Positions 11,698-21,111 of a stretch of 64,000 nucleotides of DNA are shown one piece after another. Made by a program: the position numbers and the translations under genes. The stretch is from contig JAZNZT010000028.1 of NCBI GenBank assembly GCA_045595075.1, forward strand, positions 47,162 through 111,161. Reading direction: 5' to 3'. The notes under the pieces are model-generated. The model searched no databases. It was not told the origin of the DNA and saw only the letters and a program-made list of their open reading frames with translations. Numbering within the stretch: position 1 is the stretch's first letter; each line of letters opens with the position of its first letter. The stretch comes from Faecousia sp. GTDB taxonomy: Bacteria > Bacillota > Clostridia > Oscillospirales > Oscillospiraceae.

Positions 11698-14076
11698 ATG
11701 TCTGAATTGTATGATAAGTCAATAATAAAGCTGGAATTGGATCAAGTGTTATCTATGCTCGCCGATCATGCCCAAAGTCATGAAGGCAAGCAGGCGTGCC
11801 TTATGCTCCGTCCATCTACGGATCTGGAGGAGGTAAGGCTACTTCTTGATGAAACAACAGCTGCATCTGAATTAAGCATGCATAAGGGATATCCCGGTTT
11901 TTCCGGCGTTGTGGATGTGAATGCTTCCTTGGAGCGGGCGGAACGGGGTGGCTGCCTGCAGCCTAAGGAACTTCTGCAGATCGTCGGTGTTTTACGTTGC
12001 GCCCGAAATGTAAAAGCATATACATCGCAAGATGAAAAACCAACGGTTTTGAATCCGTTTTTCTTAACACTTGTTCCTAATAAATATTTAGAGGATAAGA
12101 TATTCAGCGCTATCCTTTCTGAAGAAGAGATCGCCGACTCAGCCAGTCCTGAATTAAGCGAAATAAGGCGACACATGCGTATTCAGAGCGCAAAAGTAAA
12201 GGACAGTTTACAAAAGATTATTTCGTCTTCGTCTTATTCTAAATTTTTAAGAGATCCTATCATCACAATTCGACAAGGAAGATATGTGGTTCCCGTTAAA
12301 AGTGAATGTAAAAACGATATTCCGGGATTGGTACATGATGTTTCCGCTACCGGTTCAACCTATTTTATCGAGCCCATGTCTGCTGTGAATGCCAATAACG
12401 CATTGCGGGAATTGGAATTAAGAGAAAAGAAGGAAATTGAACGTATTTTGTTTGAACTTTCCGGAGAAGTCTCTGCCTATCGGGAAAGTATTTCTCAGAA
12501 TGTAGCTACTCTTGTTCGACTGGATGTGATTTTTGCAAAGGCTCGCCTTGCGTATAAAATGAAAGCATGGGCGCCGATCATGAACGATCAGGGTAAAATT
12601 GATCTTCGAAATGCGAAACATCCTCTCATCGATCCGGAGAAGGTAGTGCCTGTATCTTTGCGTCTTGGGTCTGATTTTGATTCAATGATCATAACCGGCC
12701 CAAATACAGGCGGTAAAACTGTTACCTTGAAAACGATCGGACTTCTGACACTTATGGCTGAGTGTGGACTGCATATACCGGCAGGAGACGGCAGCTTACT
12801 GTCAACATTTGCGCTTATTCTTGCGGATATTGGTGATGAGCAATCCATTGCGCAAAGTCTTTCCACATTCTCCAGCCACATGCGTACCATTGTTGATATT
12901 GTAGATCAGTGCAATGACAGATCATTGGTTTTGTTTGATGAATTGGGAGCGGGAACTGATCCGGCAGAAGGCGCGGCTCTTGCGATCGCCTTAATTGAAT
13001 ATTGCAGGACCATGGGCAGCCGAGTTGCAGCTACGACCCATTATGCAGAACTGAAACTGTATGCCATGCGTACAGAGGGCGTTATCAATGCCTCTTGCGA
13101 ATTTGATGTGGAAACGCTGAAACCGACGTATAAATTGCTGATCGGTATTCCTGGGAAGTCTAACGCGTTCGCTATTTCAAAAAGGCTTGGACTTTCTGAA
13201 AGCATTCTAAATAAAGCTTCTGATCTGGTGGGTCAAAGTGACAAAGATTTTGAAGATGTACTAAGCCAGCTGGAAAAACAACGTCAGCAGATGGAAGCTG
13301 CCAGAGTGGAAGCGGAAAAGCTTCGCTTTGAAACAGAAAAAATCAAGAAGCAGAGCGAGGAGTACAATCTTCAGCTAAAAAAAGAACGGGATAAAGCTAT
13401 GGAAAGCGCCCGCAGACAAGCGCAAGAAATTATTGACGATGCCAGACGCACCGCAAATGCAGCATCCGAGGAATTGAAAGCATTAAAGAAACAGCTGTCT
13501 GAAAATGCAGATGTTTCCGGTATCAATCAACGACAAGCTGCTCTTCGGAAAAGTTTAAATGATGCAGACCAGCGCATTCGTTTTGAAGAAAAGGAAAAGT
13601 CACGTCCTGCCGCATCCCGTGAGATTCTTATTGGTGACACTGTTGAGTTGTTAAAGCTTGGAACAAAGGCCAGCGTTATTGCAATCAACAAGGACGGTAG
13701 CTATCAATTACAAGCCGGCGTTTTAAAACTCAATGCAAAACCCAATGAGGTATATCTTTTAGAGTTTGAAAATCCGTATAAGGAAAAGTCAAATCGACCG
13801 GCGCACTCCGGTCGGGAGATGAAGATGTCAGCTGTCGCAGGGGAGATAGACCTTCGTGGCATGGACAGTGTAGAAGCAATATGTGTTATGGATCGCTATT
13901 TAGACGAGGCAATGCGTTCGAACATGCATTCTGTCAGAGTTATTCACGGTAAAGGTACAGGTGTACTTCGTTCAGCTGTTCAGGCTTCGCTGCGAAAAAA
14001 CAGATTTGTTAGGTCTTTCCGCCTCGGTGTGTACGGAGAAGGTGAAGACGGCGTAACAATCGTTGAATTTAAATAA
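11698..14076 (+). CDS. mutS2: MutS2 (RqcU-type) ATPase with Smr domain
   Basis: ITGPNTGGKT, DIGDEQSIAQSLSTFSSH, DELGAGTDP, Smr IHGKGTGVLR. Confidence 0.96.
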   Translation: MSELYDKSIIKLELDQVLSMLADHAQSHEGKQACLMLRPSTDLEEVRLLLDETTAASELSMHKGYPGFSGVVDVNASLERAERGGCLQPKELLQIVGVLRCARNVKAYTSQDEKPTVLNPFFLTLVPNKYLEDKIFSAILSEEEIADSASPELSEIRRHMRIQSAKVKDSLQKIISSSSYSKFLRDPIITIRQGRYVVPVKSECKNDIPGLVHDVSATGSTYFIEPMSAVNANNALRELELREKKEIERILFELSGEVSAYRESISQNVATLVRLDVIFAKARLAYKMKAWAPIMNDQGKIDLRNAKHPLIDPEKVVPVSLRLGSDFDSMIITGPNTGGKTVTLKTIGLLTLMAECGLHIPAGDGSLLSTFALILADIGDEQSIAQSLSTFSSHMRTIVDIVDQCNDRSLVLFDELGAGTDPAEGAALAIALIEYCRTMGSRVAATTHYAELKLYAMRTEGVINASCEFDVETLKPTYKLLIGIPGKSNAFAISKRLGLSESILNKASDLVGQSDKDFEDVLSQLEKQRQQMEAARVEAEKLRFETEKIKKQSEEYNLQLKKERDKAMESARRQAQEIIDDARRTANAASEELKALKKQLSENADVSGINQRQAALRKSLNDADQRIRFEEKEKSRPAASREILIGDTVELLKLGTKASVIAINKDGSYQLQAGVLKLNAKPNEVYLLEFENPYKEKSNRPAHSGREMKMSAVAGEIDLRGMDSVEAICVMDRYLDEAMRSNMHSVRVIHGKGTGVLRSAVQASLRKNRFVRSFRLGVYGEGEDGVTIVEFK

Positions 14077-14136
14077 TTAGTTATTTTTCCAATTTGTTAA
14101 TTTTTAATCGAAAAAAATGGAAAAAATGAAAATAGG

Positions 14137-14164
14137 TTGACTTTTTATTTAGATTTGTTATCAT
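14137..14164 (+). promoter_or_regulatory. SigA promoter for HPr gene
   Basis: TTGACT-16-TATCAT with extended TG; followed by inverted repeat TGCAGTATCT-N5-AGATACTGCA (14175-14199). Confidence 0.65.
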
Positions 14165-14219
14165 ATATTCATAATGCAGTATCTGTTTTAGATACTGCAA
14201 CAAGGGGAGTGTTTACGTT

Positions 14220-14486
14220 TTGGAAAACTTCAGTAAAGAAATAGTTGTTCGCTGCGAATCCGGATTGCATAACAAGCAGGCTACATACTTTGTTCAGAAG
14301 GCAAATGAGTATGACTGCAGTATTTGGGTCGAAGCTGACAACCGTAAAATGAACGCAAAGAGCTTGCTTGGTATCATGTCCCTTGGCGTTGAGACCGGGG
14401 CAACTGTTACTCTGATCGCTTCCGGAAAAGATCAAGAGGAAGCTGTCGAAGCATTGGAGATGCTTCTTCAGCATGATATTTACTAA
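14220..14486 (+). CDS. ptsH: HPr family phosphocarrier protein
   Basis: GLH (His15) and NAKS (Ser46) motifs, TTG start behind AAGGGGAG. Confidence 0.88.
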   Translation: MENFSKEIVVRCESGLHNKQATYFVQKANEYDCSIWVEADNRKMNAKSLLGIMSLGVETGATVTLIASGKDQEEAVEALEMLLQHDIY

Positions 14487-14498
14487 GAATTAGTTTTT

Positions 14499-14542
14499 TC
14501 CGCCTCAGTGCCAGTGTTGTCTGCATTGAGGCGGACCTTTTT
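14499..14542 (+). terminator. Intrinsic terminator after HPr
   Basis: TCCGCCTCAGTGC...GCATTGAGGCGGA followed by T run. Confidence 0.7.
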
Positions 14543-14554
14543 GGGGTGTTAGAC

Positions 14555-16372
14555 ATGACATTTGCAGAACTAAAAACTAAAGCCAAGAATCTTCCTATGT
14601 CACCGGGCGTATATATTATGCGCGATGAGAAAGATTCTGTGATTTATGTAGGCAAAGCAAAGAAGCTTTGCAATCGGGTAAGTCAGTATTTTCAGGATAC
14701 TTCTTCCCATACGCCCAAAACCAGACGAATGGTTGATAATATTCATCATTTTGATGTTATTGTAGCTGCTTCTGAATTTGAAGCTTTGATTTTGGAATGT
14801 TCTCTGATCAAGCGTCACATGCCGAAATATAATATCTTATTAAAGGATGATAAAGGGTTTCCTTATATCCGTCTGGATATAAAAAAAACATATCCAACAA
14901 TAACGCTTGTTAATCAACCTGCTGACGACGGCGCAGAATACTATGGCCCCTTTGGCAGCCGGGGAACGACACAAAAATTGCTCTCTGCTATGCGGGCTGC
15001 GTTGAAGCTTCCGAACTGCAGTAGAGTTTTTCCAAGGGACATTGGAAAAGACCGTCCTTGCTTGAATTATCATATGAATCAATGCGCGGGTTGGTGTCAA
15101 AAAACTATGTCAGCTCAGGATTATATGTCTGTAATAATGCAGGCTCGCCAGTTATTACAGGGTAACTATAAAATTGTTGCAGATGAAATCCGCAGACAAA
15201 TGTTTGCAGCAGCTGATGTGTTAAATTTTGAGACAGCTGCACAATTCAGGAATCAACTGGACGCCATCGAGAATCTCGGTAAAAAACAGCTTGTTACTGC
15301 CGGATCATCAACAGATACAGATGTTGTTGGTTTTGCGCAAACCGTATCGAATGCCTGTTTTTCGGTACTCCACTTTATTAACGGAGATCTGACAGATAAG
15401 GATTATCAGATAATTCCCCTTGTGGAATCAGCAGAAAATGCGGTATCCTCGCTTGTTAAGCAGTATTATCTGAGTCGCGGTTATGCGCCAAAAAATATTC
15501 TTCTACCGTTTGATGTGGAGGATGCCGAGCTGTTTGCCCGGCTGTTGGAGCAGAAATTCGGCAAAAAAACAATTATTAAAGTTCCGTTGCGTGGCGATAA
15601 AACAAAACTTGTTGCTCTTGCTAATAAGAACGCCCAGGAAGAAGCAGATAGGGCGATAAGTCGTGAAGAAAAACGAATGGGTATATGGAACCTTTTTGGG
15701 AAAATAATCGGTGTACAACCACTTTCCAGAGTTGAGTCTTTTGATATATCCAATATTTCCGGGACAGATATCGTTGCTAGTATGGTGGTGTTTTGTGACG
15801 GCGTTTCTCGAAAATCTGATTATAAAAGATTTAAGATCAGTGGTCTTGCCGGACAGGATGATTACGCATCTATGCATCAGGTAATCATGAGGAGATTTTC
15901 CCATTTTATAAACGGAGATAAAGGCTTTGAAGTATTGCCGGATGTGTTATTGATTGACGGAGGTGTAAACCACGCCAGAACAGCGGTAAGCGCTCTTGAC
16001 AAGCTTGGACTAAAGATAAAGGTGTTTGGCATGGTTAAAGATAACAGGCACCGTACACGGGCGCTGGTAACACCGGAAGGAAACACCGTCAGTTTGGATT
16101 CCCAGCAATCCATATTTGCGTTAATTGGTAGAATCCAAGAGGAGACCCATAAATTTGCTGTTTCGTATCACAGAAAGCTTCGCAGCAAAAGGATTCAGCA
16201 ATCAGAATTGGATTCTATTGTGGGAATCGGACCAAAACGAAAACAAGATCTTTTAAGGCACTTCAAGTCACTTTCGGCAATTTCATCAGCCACGTTGCCA
16301 GAATTGCAAAGAATACTGCCCGTTGATACTGCGGCAGCTGTCTATGCGCATTTTAACAGCAAGGAAAGGTAG
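14555..16372 (+). CDS. uvrC: Excinuclease ABC subunit C
   Basis: GIY-YIG PGVY..IYVGKAK, SFDISN, LIDGG, HhH GIGPKR. Confidence 0.97.
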   Translation: MTFAELKTKAKNLPMSPGVYIMRDEKDSVIYVGKAKKLCNRVSQYFQDTSSHTPKTRRMVDNIHHFDVIVAASEFEALILECSLIKRHMPKYNILLKDDKGFPYIRLDIKKTYPTITLVNQPADDGAEYYGPFGSRGTTQKLLSAMRAALKLPNCSRVFPRDIGKDRPCLNYHMNQCAGWCQKTMSAQDYMSVIMQARQLLQGNYKIVADEIRRQMFAAADVLNFETAAQFRNQLDAIENLGKKQLVTAGSSTDTDVVGFAQTVSNACFSVLHFINGDLTDKDYQIIPLVESAENAVSSLVKQYYLSRGYAPKNILLPFDVEDAELFARLLEQKFGKKTIIKVPLRGDKTKLVALANKNAQEEADRAISREEKRMGIWNLFGKIIGVQPLSRVESFDISNISGTDIVASMVVFCDGVSRKSDYKRFKISGLAGQDDYASMHQVIMRRFSHFINGDKGFEVLPDVLLIDGGVNHARTAVSALDKLGLKIKVFGMVKDNRHRTRALVTPEGNTVSLDSQQSIFALIGRIQEETHKFAVSYHRKLRSKRIQQSELDSIVGIGPKRKQDLLRHFKSLSAISSATLPELQRILPVDTAAAVYAHFNSKER

Positions 16373-16380
16373 GAGGTATC

Positions 16381-16923
16381 GTGCGAGTAATATCCGGAAA
16401 AGCAAAAGGAAAGATCCTGAAAACGCCCGATGGAATGCTTACAAGACCAACTGCAGAACGTGTTAAAGAAGCTCTTTTCAGCATCATTCAGTTTGAGATT
16501 CCCTGCGCGAGAGTGTTAGACTTGTTTGCCGGCACCGGGCAGCTTGGCATCGAAGCGCTCAGTAGGGGAGCAGCAGAGGCTGTTTTTGTGGATGAGAGGG
16601 AAACTGCTTGTCGCTTGGTCCGTGATAATCTCAGACTCACAAACCTTGAAGCAATTGGGCGTGTCGTTCGTTCAGATTACCTTTCGTTTTTAAAAAATTG
16701 TAGAGAAAAATATGATATTATAATTTTAGACCCTCCTTATGCAGAAGTTTTTTTGGAAAATGCAATAAAAATGATCACAGAAATTGACATTTTGCAATCT
16801 AATGGTATAATAGTAGCGGAACGCCCTGTGGGCAAGGAACTGCCCGGGGATTTTTCCGGTTATACAAGGTCTAAAGATTATAAATACGGAAATACGTTGC
16901 TGACGCTTTATCGCAAGCAATAG
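16381..16923 (+). CDS. rsmD: 16S rRNA m2G966 methyltransferase RsmD
   Basis: MRVISG, TRPT, LDLFAGTGQLGIEALSRGA, DPPY. Confidence 0.96.
   Translation: MRVISGKAKGKILKTPDGMLTRPTAERVKEALFSIIQFEIPCARVLDLFAGTGQLGIEALSRGAAEAVFVDERETACRLVRDNLRLTNLEAIGRVVRSDYLSFLKNCREKYDIIILDPPYAEVFLENAIKMITEIDILQSNGIIVAERPVGKELPGDFSGYTRSKDYKYGNTLLTLYRKQ
16784..16811 (+). promoter_or_regulatory. Consensus SigA promoter inside rsmD, probably driving coaD
   Basis: TTGACA-16-TATAAT with extended TGn. Confidence 0.75.
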
Positions 16924-16941
16924 CAACAGAAAAGGTCGGTT

Positions 16942-17445
16942 ATGAAAATTGCCATTTATCCTGGCAGCTTTGATCCGATCACCAGCGGACACCTAAATAT
17001 CATTCAGCGAGCAGCCAAAATTTTTGATCGTGTCATTGTTTGCGTCATGGTAAACTCTGCAAAATCACCTTTGTTTGGCCGCGAAGAACGGGTTGATATG
17101 ATTCAGCGCGTTATATCGGATATTAAAAATGTTGAAGTTGATTCATCCGATGAATTACTTGCTGATTATGCGAAAAGGCGTGGCGGCTGTGTGATTATAA
17201 AAGGACTGCGTGCCGGTTCTGATTTTGAAAATGAGTTCCAGATGGCATTGATCAACCATAAGATCAACCCGAATTTGGATACAATGTTTTTAACAGCGGA
17301 GCATCAGTATATGTTTTTAAGCTCCAGTACGGTTAAGGAATTAGGGGCCTATAATGTTGACCTCTCGGATTTCCTTCCGGAACAAATCATACCAGAGTTT
17401 AAGCAGCGAATTGCTTTTATACGTCAAGGAGGAAATAGAAAATGA
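16942..17445 (+). CDS. coaD: Pantetheine-phosphate adenylyltransferase
   Basis: YPGSFDPITSGH, KGLR..DFE.E, LSSSTVKE. Confidence 0.97.
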   Translation: MKIAIYPGSFDPITSGHLNIIQRAAKIFDRVIVCVMVNSAKSPLFGREERVDMIQRVISDIKNVEVDSSDELLADYAKRRGGCVIIKGLRAGSDFENEFQMALINHKINPNLDTMFLTAEHQYMFLSSSTVKELGAYNVDLSDFLPEQIIPEFKQRIAFIRQGGNRK

Positions 17446-17948
17446 ATGAACAGAATATTGAAGACATCATCTCTGCCCTGTATGACATGGTTCAAGACGC
17501 AAGAGCACTGCCTTTGGGTGCTGACAAATGCATCCTGGAACGGGACAAGGTTCTTGACATGCTTGACGAGATCATTGCTCAGCTTCCAGTTGAGTTGAAG
17601 CAAGCCCGCACTATTGTTGAATCCCGTAATGAATTGATCGGTCAGGCTCGCCGCGAAGCAGAAGGTATTATCCGTCAAGCGCAGGAAAATGCTGCCAAGA
17701 TGGTCGAGGAAGAAGCGATTTATCAGGAAGCAAAGCGTCAGTGCCAGGAAATGGTTCTGCAGACTCAAGTCCGTATGGCAGAGCTTCGGAAAGCAAGCAA
17801 CGATTATATGGAAGATGCTCTGCGCCGCACTGAAGAAGCAGTTGCTATGTCTCTTGAAGATGTCCGCGATACTCGTACAAAGTTTAAGGCGCTTGTTGAA
17901 GCACAGGAAAAGCGTTCCGCTGTTTCTGTTCAAGAGACCGAGGGATAA
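17442..17948 (+). CDS. Conserved coiled-coil protein (DivIVA/ATP-synthase-b-like) downstream of coaD
   Basis: LP.ELKQAR..V..R..LI..A..EAE.II repeats; ATGA-type coupling to coaD. Confidence 0.8.
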   Translation: MNEQNIEDIISALYDMVQDARALPLGADKCILERDKVLDMLDEIIAQLPVELKQARTIVESRNELIGQARREAEGIIRQAQENAAKMVEEEAIYQEAKRQCQEMVLQTQVRMAELRKASNDYMEDALRRTEEAVAMSLEDVRDTRTKFKALVEAQEKRSAVSVQETEG

Positions 17949-17952
17949 ATAT

Positions 17953-17986
17953 AAAACAGCTCAAATTTAATTTTGGGCTGTTTTTT
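17953..17986 (+). terminator. Intrinsic terminator
   Basis: AAAACAGCTCAAA...TTTGGGCTGTTTTTT. Confidence 0.8.
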
Positions 17987-18009
17987 AAAATATTAACGGA
18001 GGTTACATT

Positions 18010-19704
18010 ATGACATATATGGACCGCTATAATTTCTGGTGCAGTGCAAAACTTCCCGAAAGTATCCGTCAGGAATTAGAAGCAATCAAAAACGATACTG
18101 AAGAATTAAAAAGTCGATTCTCTGGCGATCTCCAGTTTGGCACTGCCGGTATGCGAGGCATTATGGGTGCCGGCAGCAATCGTCTTAACAGATATACCGT
18201 CCGTAGGGCTGCACAGGGCATGGCTAAGTGGCTGGCATCCACTGATCTACCCCAAAAAGCTGCTATTGGCTATGACTCCCGTCATAATTCTCAGCTTTTC
18301 GCTGAGGTCTGTGCAGTTGCTTTTGCAGAATTGGGAATTAAAACATATCTGTACGATCGACTTGCGCCCACACCTATGCTTTCTTATGCAGTAAGAGAGC
18401 TTGGATGCGGCTGCGGTATTGTTATTTCCGCCAGTCATAATGCCGGAGAATATAACGGCGTTAAATGCTATGGTCCTGATGGATGCCAAATGACTGACGA
18501 ACCTGCTGCAATCGTCACTAACATGATCAGCACTATTCCGTATTTTGTTCCGGAAAAAAATGATTTCACGACCTATAAGAATAAAGGGTTAATCGAGTAC
18601 ATCGGACAAGATCTGTGGGAACGATATTATAATACTGTCCTGGCGGAATCTATCGAGCCGGAAATGATTCGTTCCTCCGGTTTGAATATTGTATATACGC
18701 CTCTCTGCGGTACAGGAAATGAGCCTGTTCGTGAGGTGTTGGGTAGATTGGGTGTAAATATTGCTGTTGTAGGCTGCCAGGAGAAGCCTGACGGAGATTT
18801 TAAGACCTGCGAATATCCGAACCCGGAAACAGATGCTGCCCTGAATGAAAGCTATAAGGTGGCAGATGAAATGCCGTGTGATGTAATTTTGGGTACTGAC
18901 CCTGATTGTGACCGGGTTGCTATTGCGGTGCCTGATAAGGAAGGTTATCGTAAACTTTCCGGTAATGAGCTCGGCTGTTTACTTATGGAATATATTCTGA
19001 AAGCAAGAACAGCACAAAATGATATTAAGAGCGACTCTATTGTTGTTAGAAGTATCGTTTCCTCTCCGTTGGCAGATAAGATTGCTGAGAAATACGGCGT
19101 AACCATGAAAGCAGTTCTTACCGGCTTTAAATATATCGGCGGAGAGATCTTGGAGCTTGAAAATAATAACGAATCTGAAAAGTTTATTTTTGGGTTTGAA
19201 GAGAGTTGCGGATATCTTAAGGGCACATATGCAAGAGACAAAGATGCGGTTGTGGCATCAATGCTTGTTTGTGAAATGGCGGCATCCTTGAAAAAACAAG
19301 GTAAGACCATTTTGGATGCCTTGGATGATTTGTATAGGAATTACGGTTATTACCTTGCGTATGTACAAAGTGTTGAACTGACAGGCGCAGATGCTATGGA
19401 GAAGGCAGCCAAGATGATGACCGATCTGCGTGCCACTGTTCCGGAAACTATCGGCGGAGCGAAGGTTTCTGCTGTAAATGATTACGGTTCCGGTATCAGT
19501 AAAAATATGGAAGATGGATCAGAGAAAGTGATCTCTTTGCCGAAATCAAATGTATTAGAGTTTATTCTGGGAGAAAGAGGCAGTGTGATCGTTCGTCCGT
19601 CCGGAACAGAGCCTAAGGTTAAATTTTACTATACTGCTGTTGCTGAAACAGCTTCACAATCAAAAGAATTGCTGGATGCAATGGTTCGCCAGATGTCTAA
19701 ATAA
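18010..19704 (+). CDS. pgm: Phosphoglucomutase/phosphomannomutase
   Basis: FGTAGMRG, SASHN active serine, DPDCDR, GFEESCG, RPSGTEPK. Confidence 0.95.
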   Translation: MTYMDRYNFWCSAKLPESIRQELEAIKNDTEELKSRFSGDLQFGTAGMRGIMGAGSNRLNRYTVRRAAQGMAKWLASTDLPQKAAIGYDSRHNSQLFAEVCAVAFAELGIKTYLYDRLAPTPMLSYAVRELGCGCGIVISASHNAGEYNGVKCYGPDGCQMTDEPAAIVTNMISTIPYFVPEKNDFTTYKNKGLIEYIGQDLWERYYNTVLAESIEPEMIRSSGLNIVYTPLCGTGNEPVREVLGRLGVNIAVVGCQEKPDGDFKTCEYPNPETDAALNESYKVADEMPCDVILGTDPDCDRVAIAVPDKEGYRKLSGNELGCLLMEYILKARTAQNDIKSDSIVVRSIVSSPLADKIAEKYGVTMKAVLTGFKYIGGEILELENNNESEKFIFGFEESCGYLKGTYARDKDAVVASMLVCEMAASLKKQGKTILDALDDLYRNYGYYLAYVQSVELTGADAMEKAAKMMTDLRATVPETIGGAKVSAVNDYGSGISKNMEDGSEKVISLPKSNVLEFILGERGSVIVRPSGTEPKVKFYYTAVAETASQSKELLDAMVRQMSK

Positions 19705-19716
19705 TATACTGCTATT

Positions 19717-19755
19717 AAATTACAGAGGTAACGGTGTTGCCTCTGTAATTTTTTT
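19717..19755 (+). terminator. Intrinsic terminator after pgm
   Basis: AAATTACAGAGGTAAC-GGT-GTTGCCTCTGTAATTTTTTT. Confidence 0.85.
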
Positions 19756-19795
19756 GTTTGTATGCGAATATGGTATAGGGAAGGGAGGAGAGGAT

Positions 19796-20221
19796 GTGGC
19801 TGTTAAATATAGATCCAAATTTAAAATGTCGTTTATGATGGGGACAACCATTGGTGTGGTTATATGTTTGCTATTATGGGTTGGCGTATCTGCGATTTTG
19901 ACCTCATTAATTCTTAATGGAGCATTACAAACAAAATCGCTTCAATGGATAACACCGATAACACAAGGCGTTATCACTTTCCTGGGAACGCTGATTGCTG
20001 GCAGAATAATTGATGATAAAAAACATATATCCAGCCTTATATGTGGTGCCTTATATCTCGGAATTACAACGTGCTTTGCGTTACTGTTTACTGAAGGGTT
20101 GCAGCATAGATATTGGATCGGTATAGCATGTATAGCAATTGGTTGTTTTGCGGCTTCATTTTCATACATGACAAAAAAGAGAATTAAACCCAGCAAAAGA
20201 AGGGGGATGCGTTTTCGTTAA
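19796..20221 (+). CDS. Four-TM membrane protein, TIGR04086-like
   Basis: GTG start behind GGAGG; four hydrophobic Gly-rich helices and basic C-tail. Confidence 0.7.
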   Translation: MAVKYRSKFKMSFMMGTTIGVVICLLLWVGVSAILTSLILNGALQTKSLQWITPITQGVITFLGTLIAGRIIDDKKHISSLICGALYLGITTCFALLFTEGLQHRYWIGIACIAIGCFAASFSYMTKKRIKPSKRRGMRFR

Positions 20222-20232
20222 TTGTGCAATTT

Positions 20233-20271
20233 ACACATATGGGTAAATAATATTTACCCATATGTGTTTTT
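20233..20271 (+). terminator. Long near-perfect palindrome, probable terminator
   Basis: ACACATATGGGTAAATA-A-TATTTACCCATATGTGT plus T run. Confidence 0.65.
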
Positions 20272-20380
20272 GTGAAGGATAACTTGCAAATCTATATCTT
20301 GTACTAACTTTACTTAGCATTGCGCTATATATTGGTTTTTGTATATTTATACATTTGATATTTACGCATTCGGTTAACAT

Positions 20381-20408
20381 AGTTGACATAACTGTGTTTA
20401 CATAAGAA
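20381..20408 (-). other. Candidate chromosomal dif site
   Basis: Minus strand TTCTTATGTAA-ACACAG-TTATGTCAACT: 11-6-11 layout, TAA-N6-TTA symmetry, XerD-type arm; intergenic and near the gene-orientation switch. Confidence 0.6.
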
Positions 20409-20577
20409 TGGGCATAATTCACAAATAACGCAATAATATTCAAAAAAGCTTGCAATTATTATGTTTTTGGTGTATAGTATCTATGCTATTTGATTATGGT
20501 CATAATATGTGTCTTTGTATATCAAATGGTTATTTATATACTCCCAAAACGTTATTGTATGGGAGGGGCGCATTTGA

Positions 20578-21093
20578 TTGACGTTTTATAATTTTCAACG
20601 CCGACATTTACTGACTTCAAAAAACACTATTTATATTATTTGGTTTATTGGGGTTCTGCTTGGCAGTTTGTTATATTTCAACACAGACCATGTTAATCTC
20701 ATTTTAATTGAATCCAGTTTGAATCGCGGATCATCGGTCTGCGATACCTTATCAGTGACCTTACTGCCTGTCTTTATTTCAACATTATTATTTTATATAT
20801 CAAGAAATCTTTTATTTCTTTTTTGCTTTATAAAATCCTTTTCCTTTGGATTTTGCTTTTGTACTATTTCCGACACATTCAATGCAAGTTATTGGATGAT
20901 TAGATACTTAATGCTTTTCTCGGGATCTTGTATGTGTATCCTGCTGTTGTTTTTTTGGATACGGCTTTTTACACGTTACCATAAAAGCGTTGTGGTCGAG
21001 ACGGTTGTATTCTCATCTATTTTCGTTATTATAAGTCTTTTAGATTTGTTTTATATTACCCCTTTTTTAAGAAGTTTCACAATCACCAGATAG
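20578..21093 (+). CDS. Membrane protein, SpoIIM-like
   Basis: Multi-TM, KSFSFGF motif, GGAGGGG RBS, occupies the spoIIM position upstream of xerD. Confidence 0.6.
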   Translation: MTFYNFQRRHLLTSKNTIYIIWFIGVLLGSLLYFNTDHVNLILIESSLNRGSSVCDTLSVTLLPVFISTLLFYISRNLLFLFCFIKSFSFGFCFCTISDTFNASYWMIRYLMLFSGSCMCILLLFFWIRLFTRYHKSVVVETVVFSSIFVIISLLDLFYITPFLRSFTITR

Positions 21094-21111
21094 GGAAGGT
21101 ACACTTAGTTC

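Noticed and set aside
20231-20455. 74-aa minus-strand ORF across the dif region
   Set aside because: No RBS, overlaps the terminator palindrome and dif candidate, composition not gene-like
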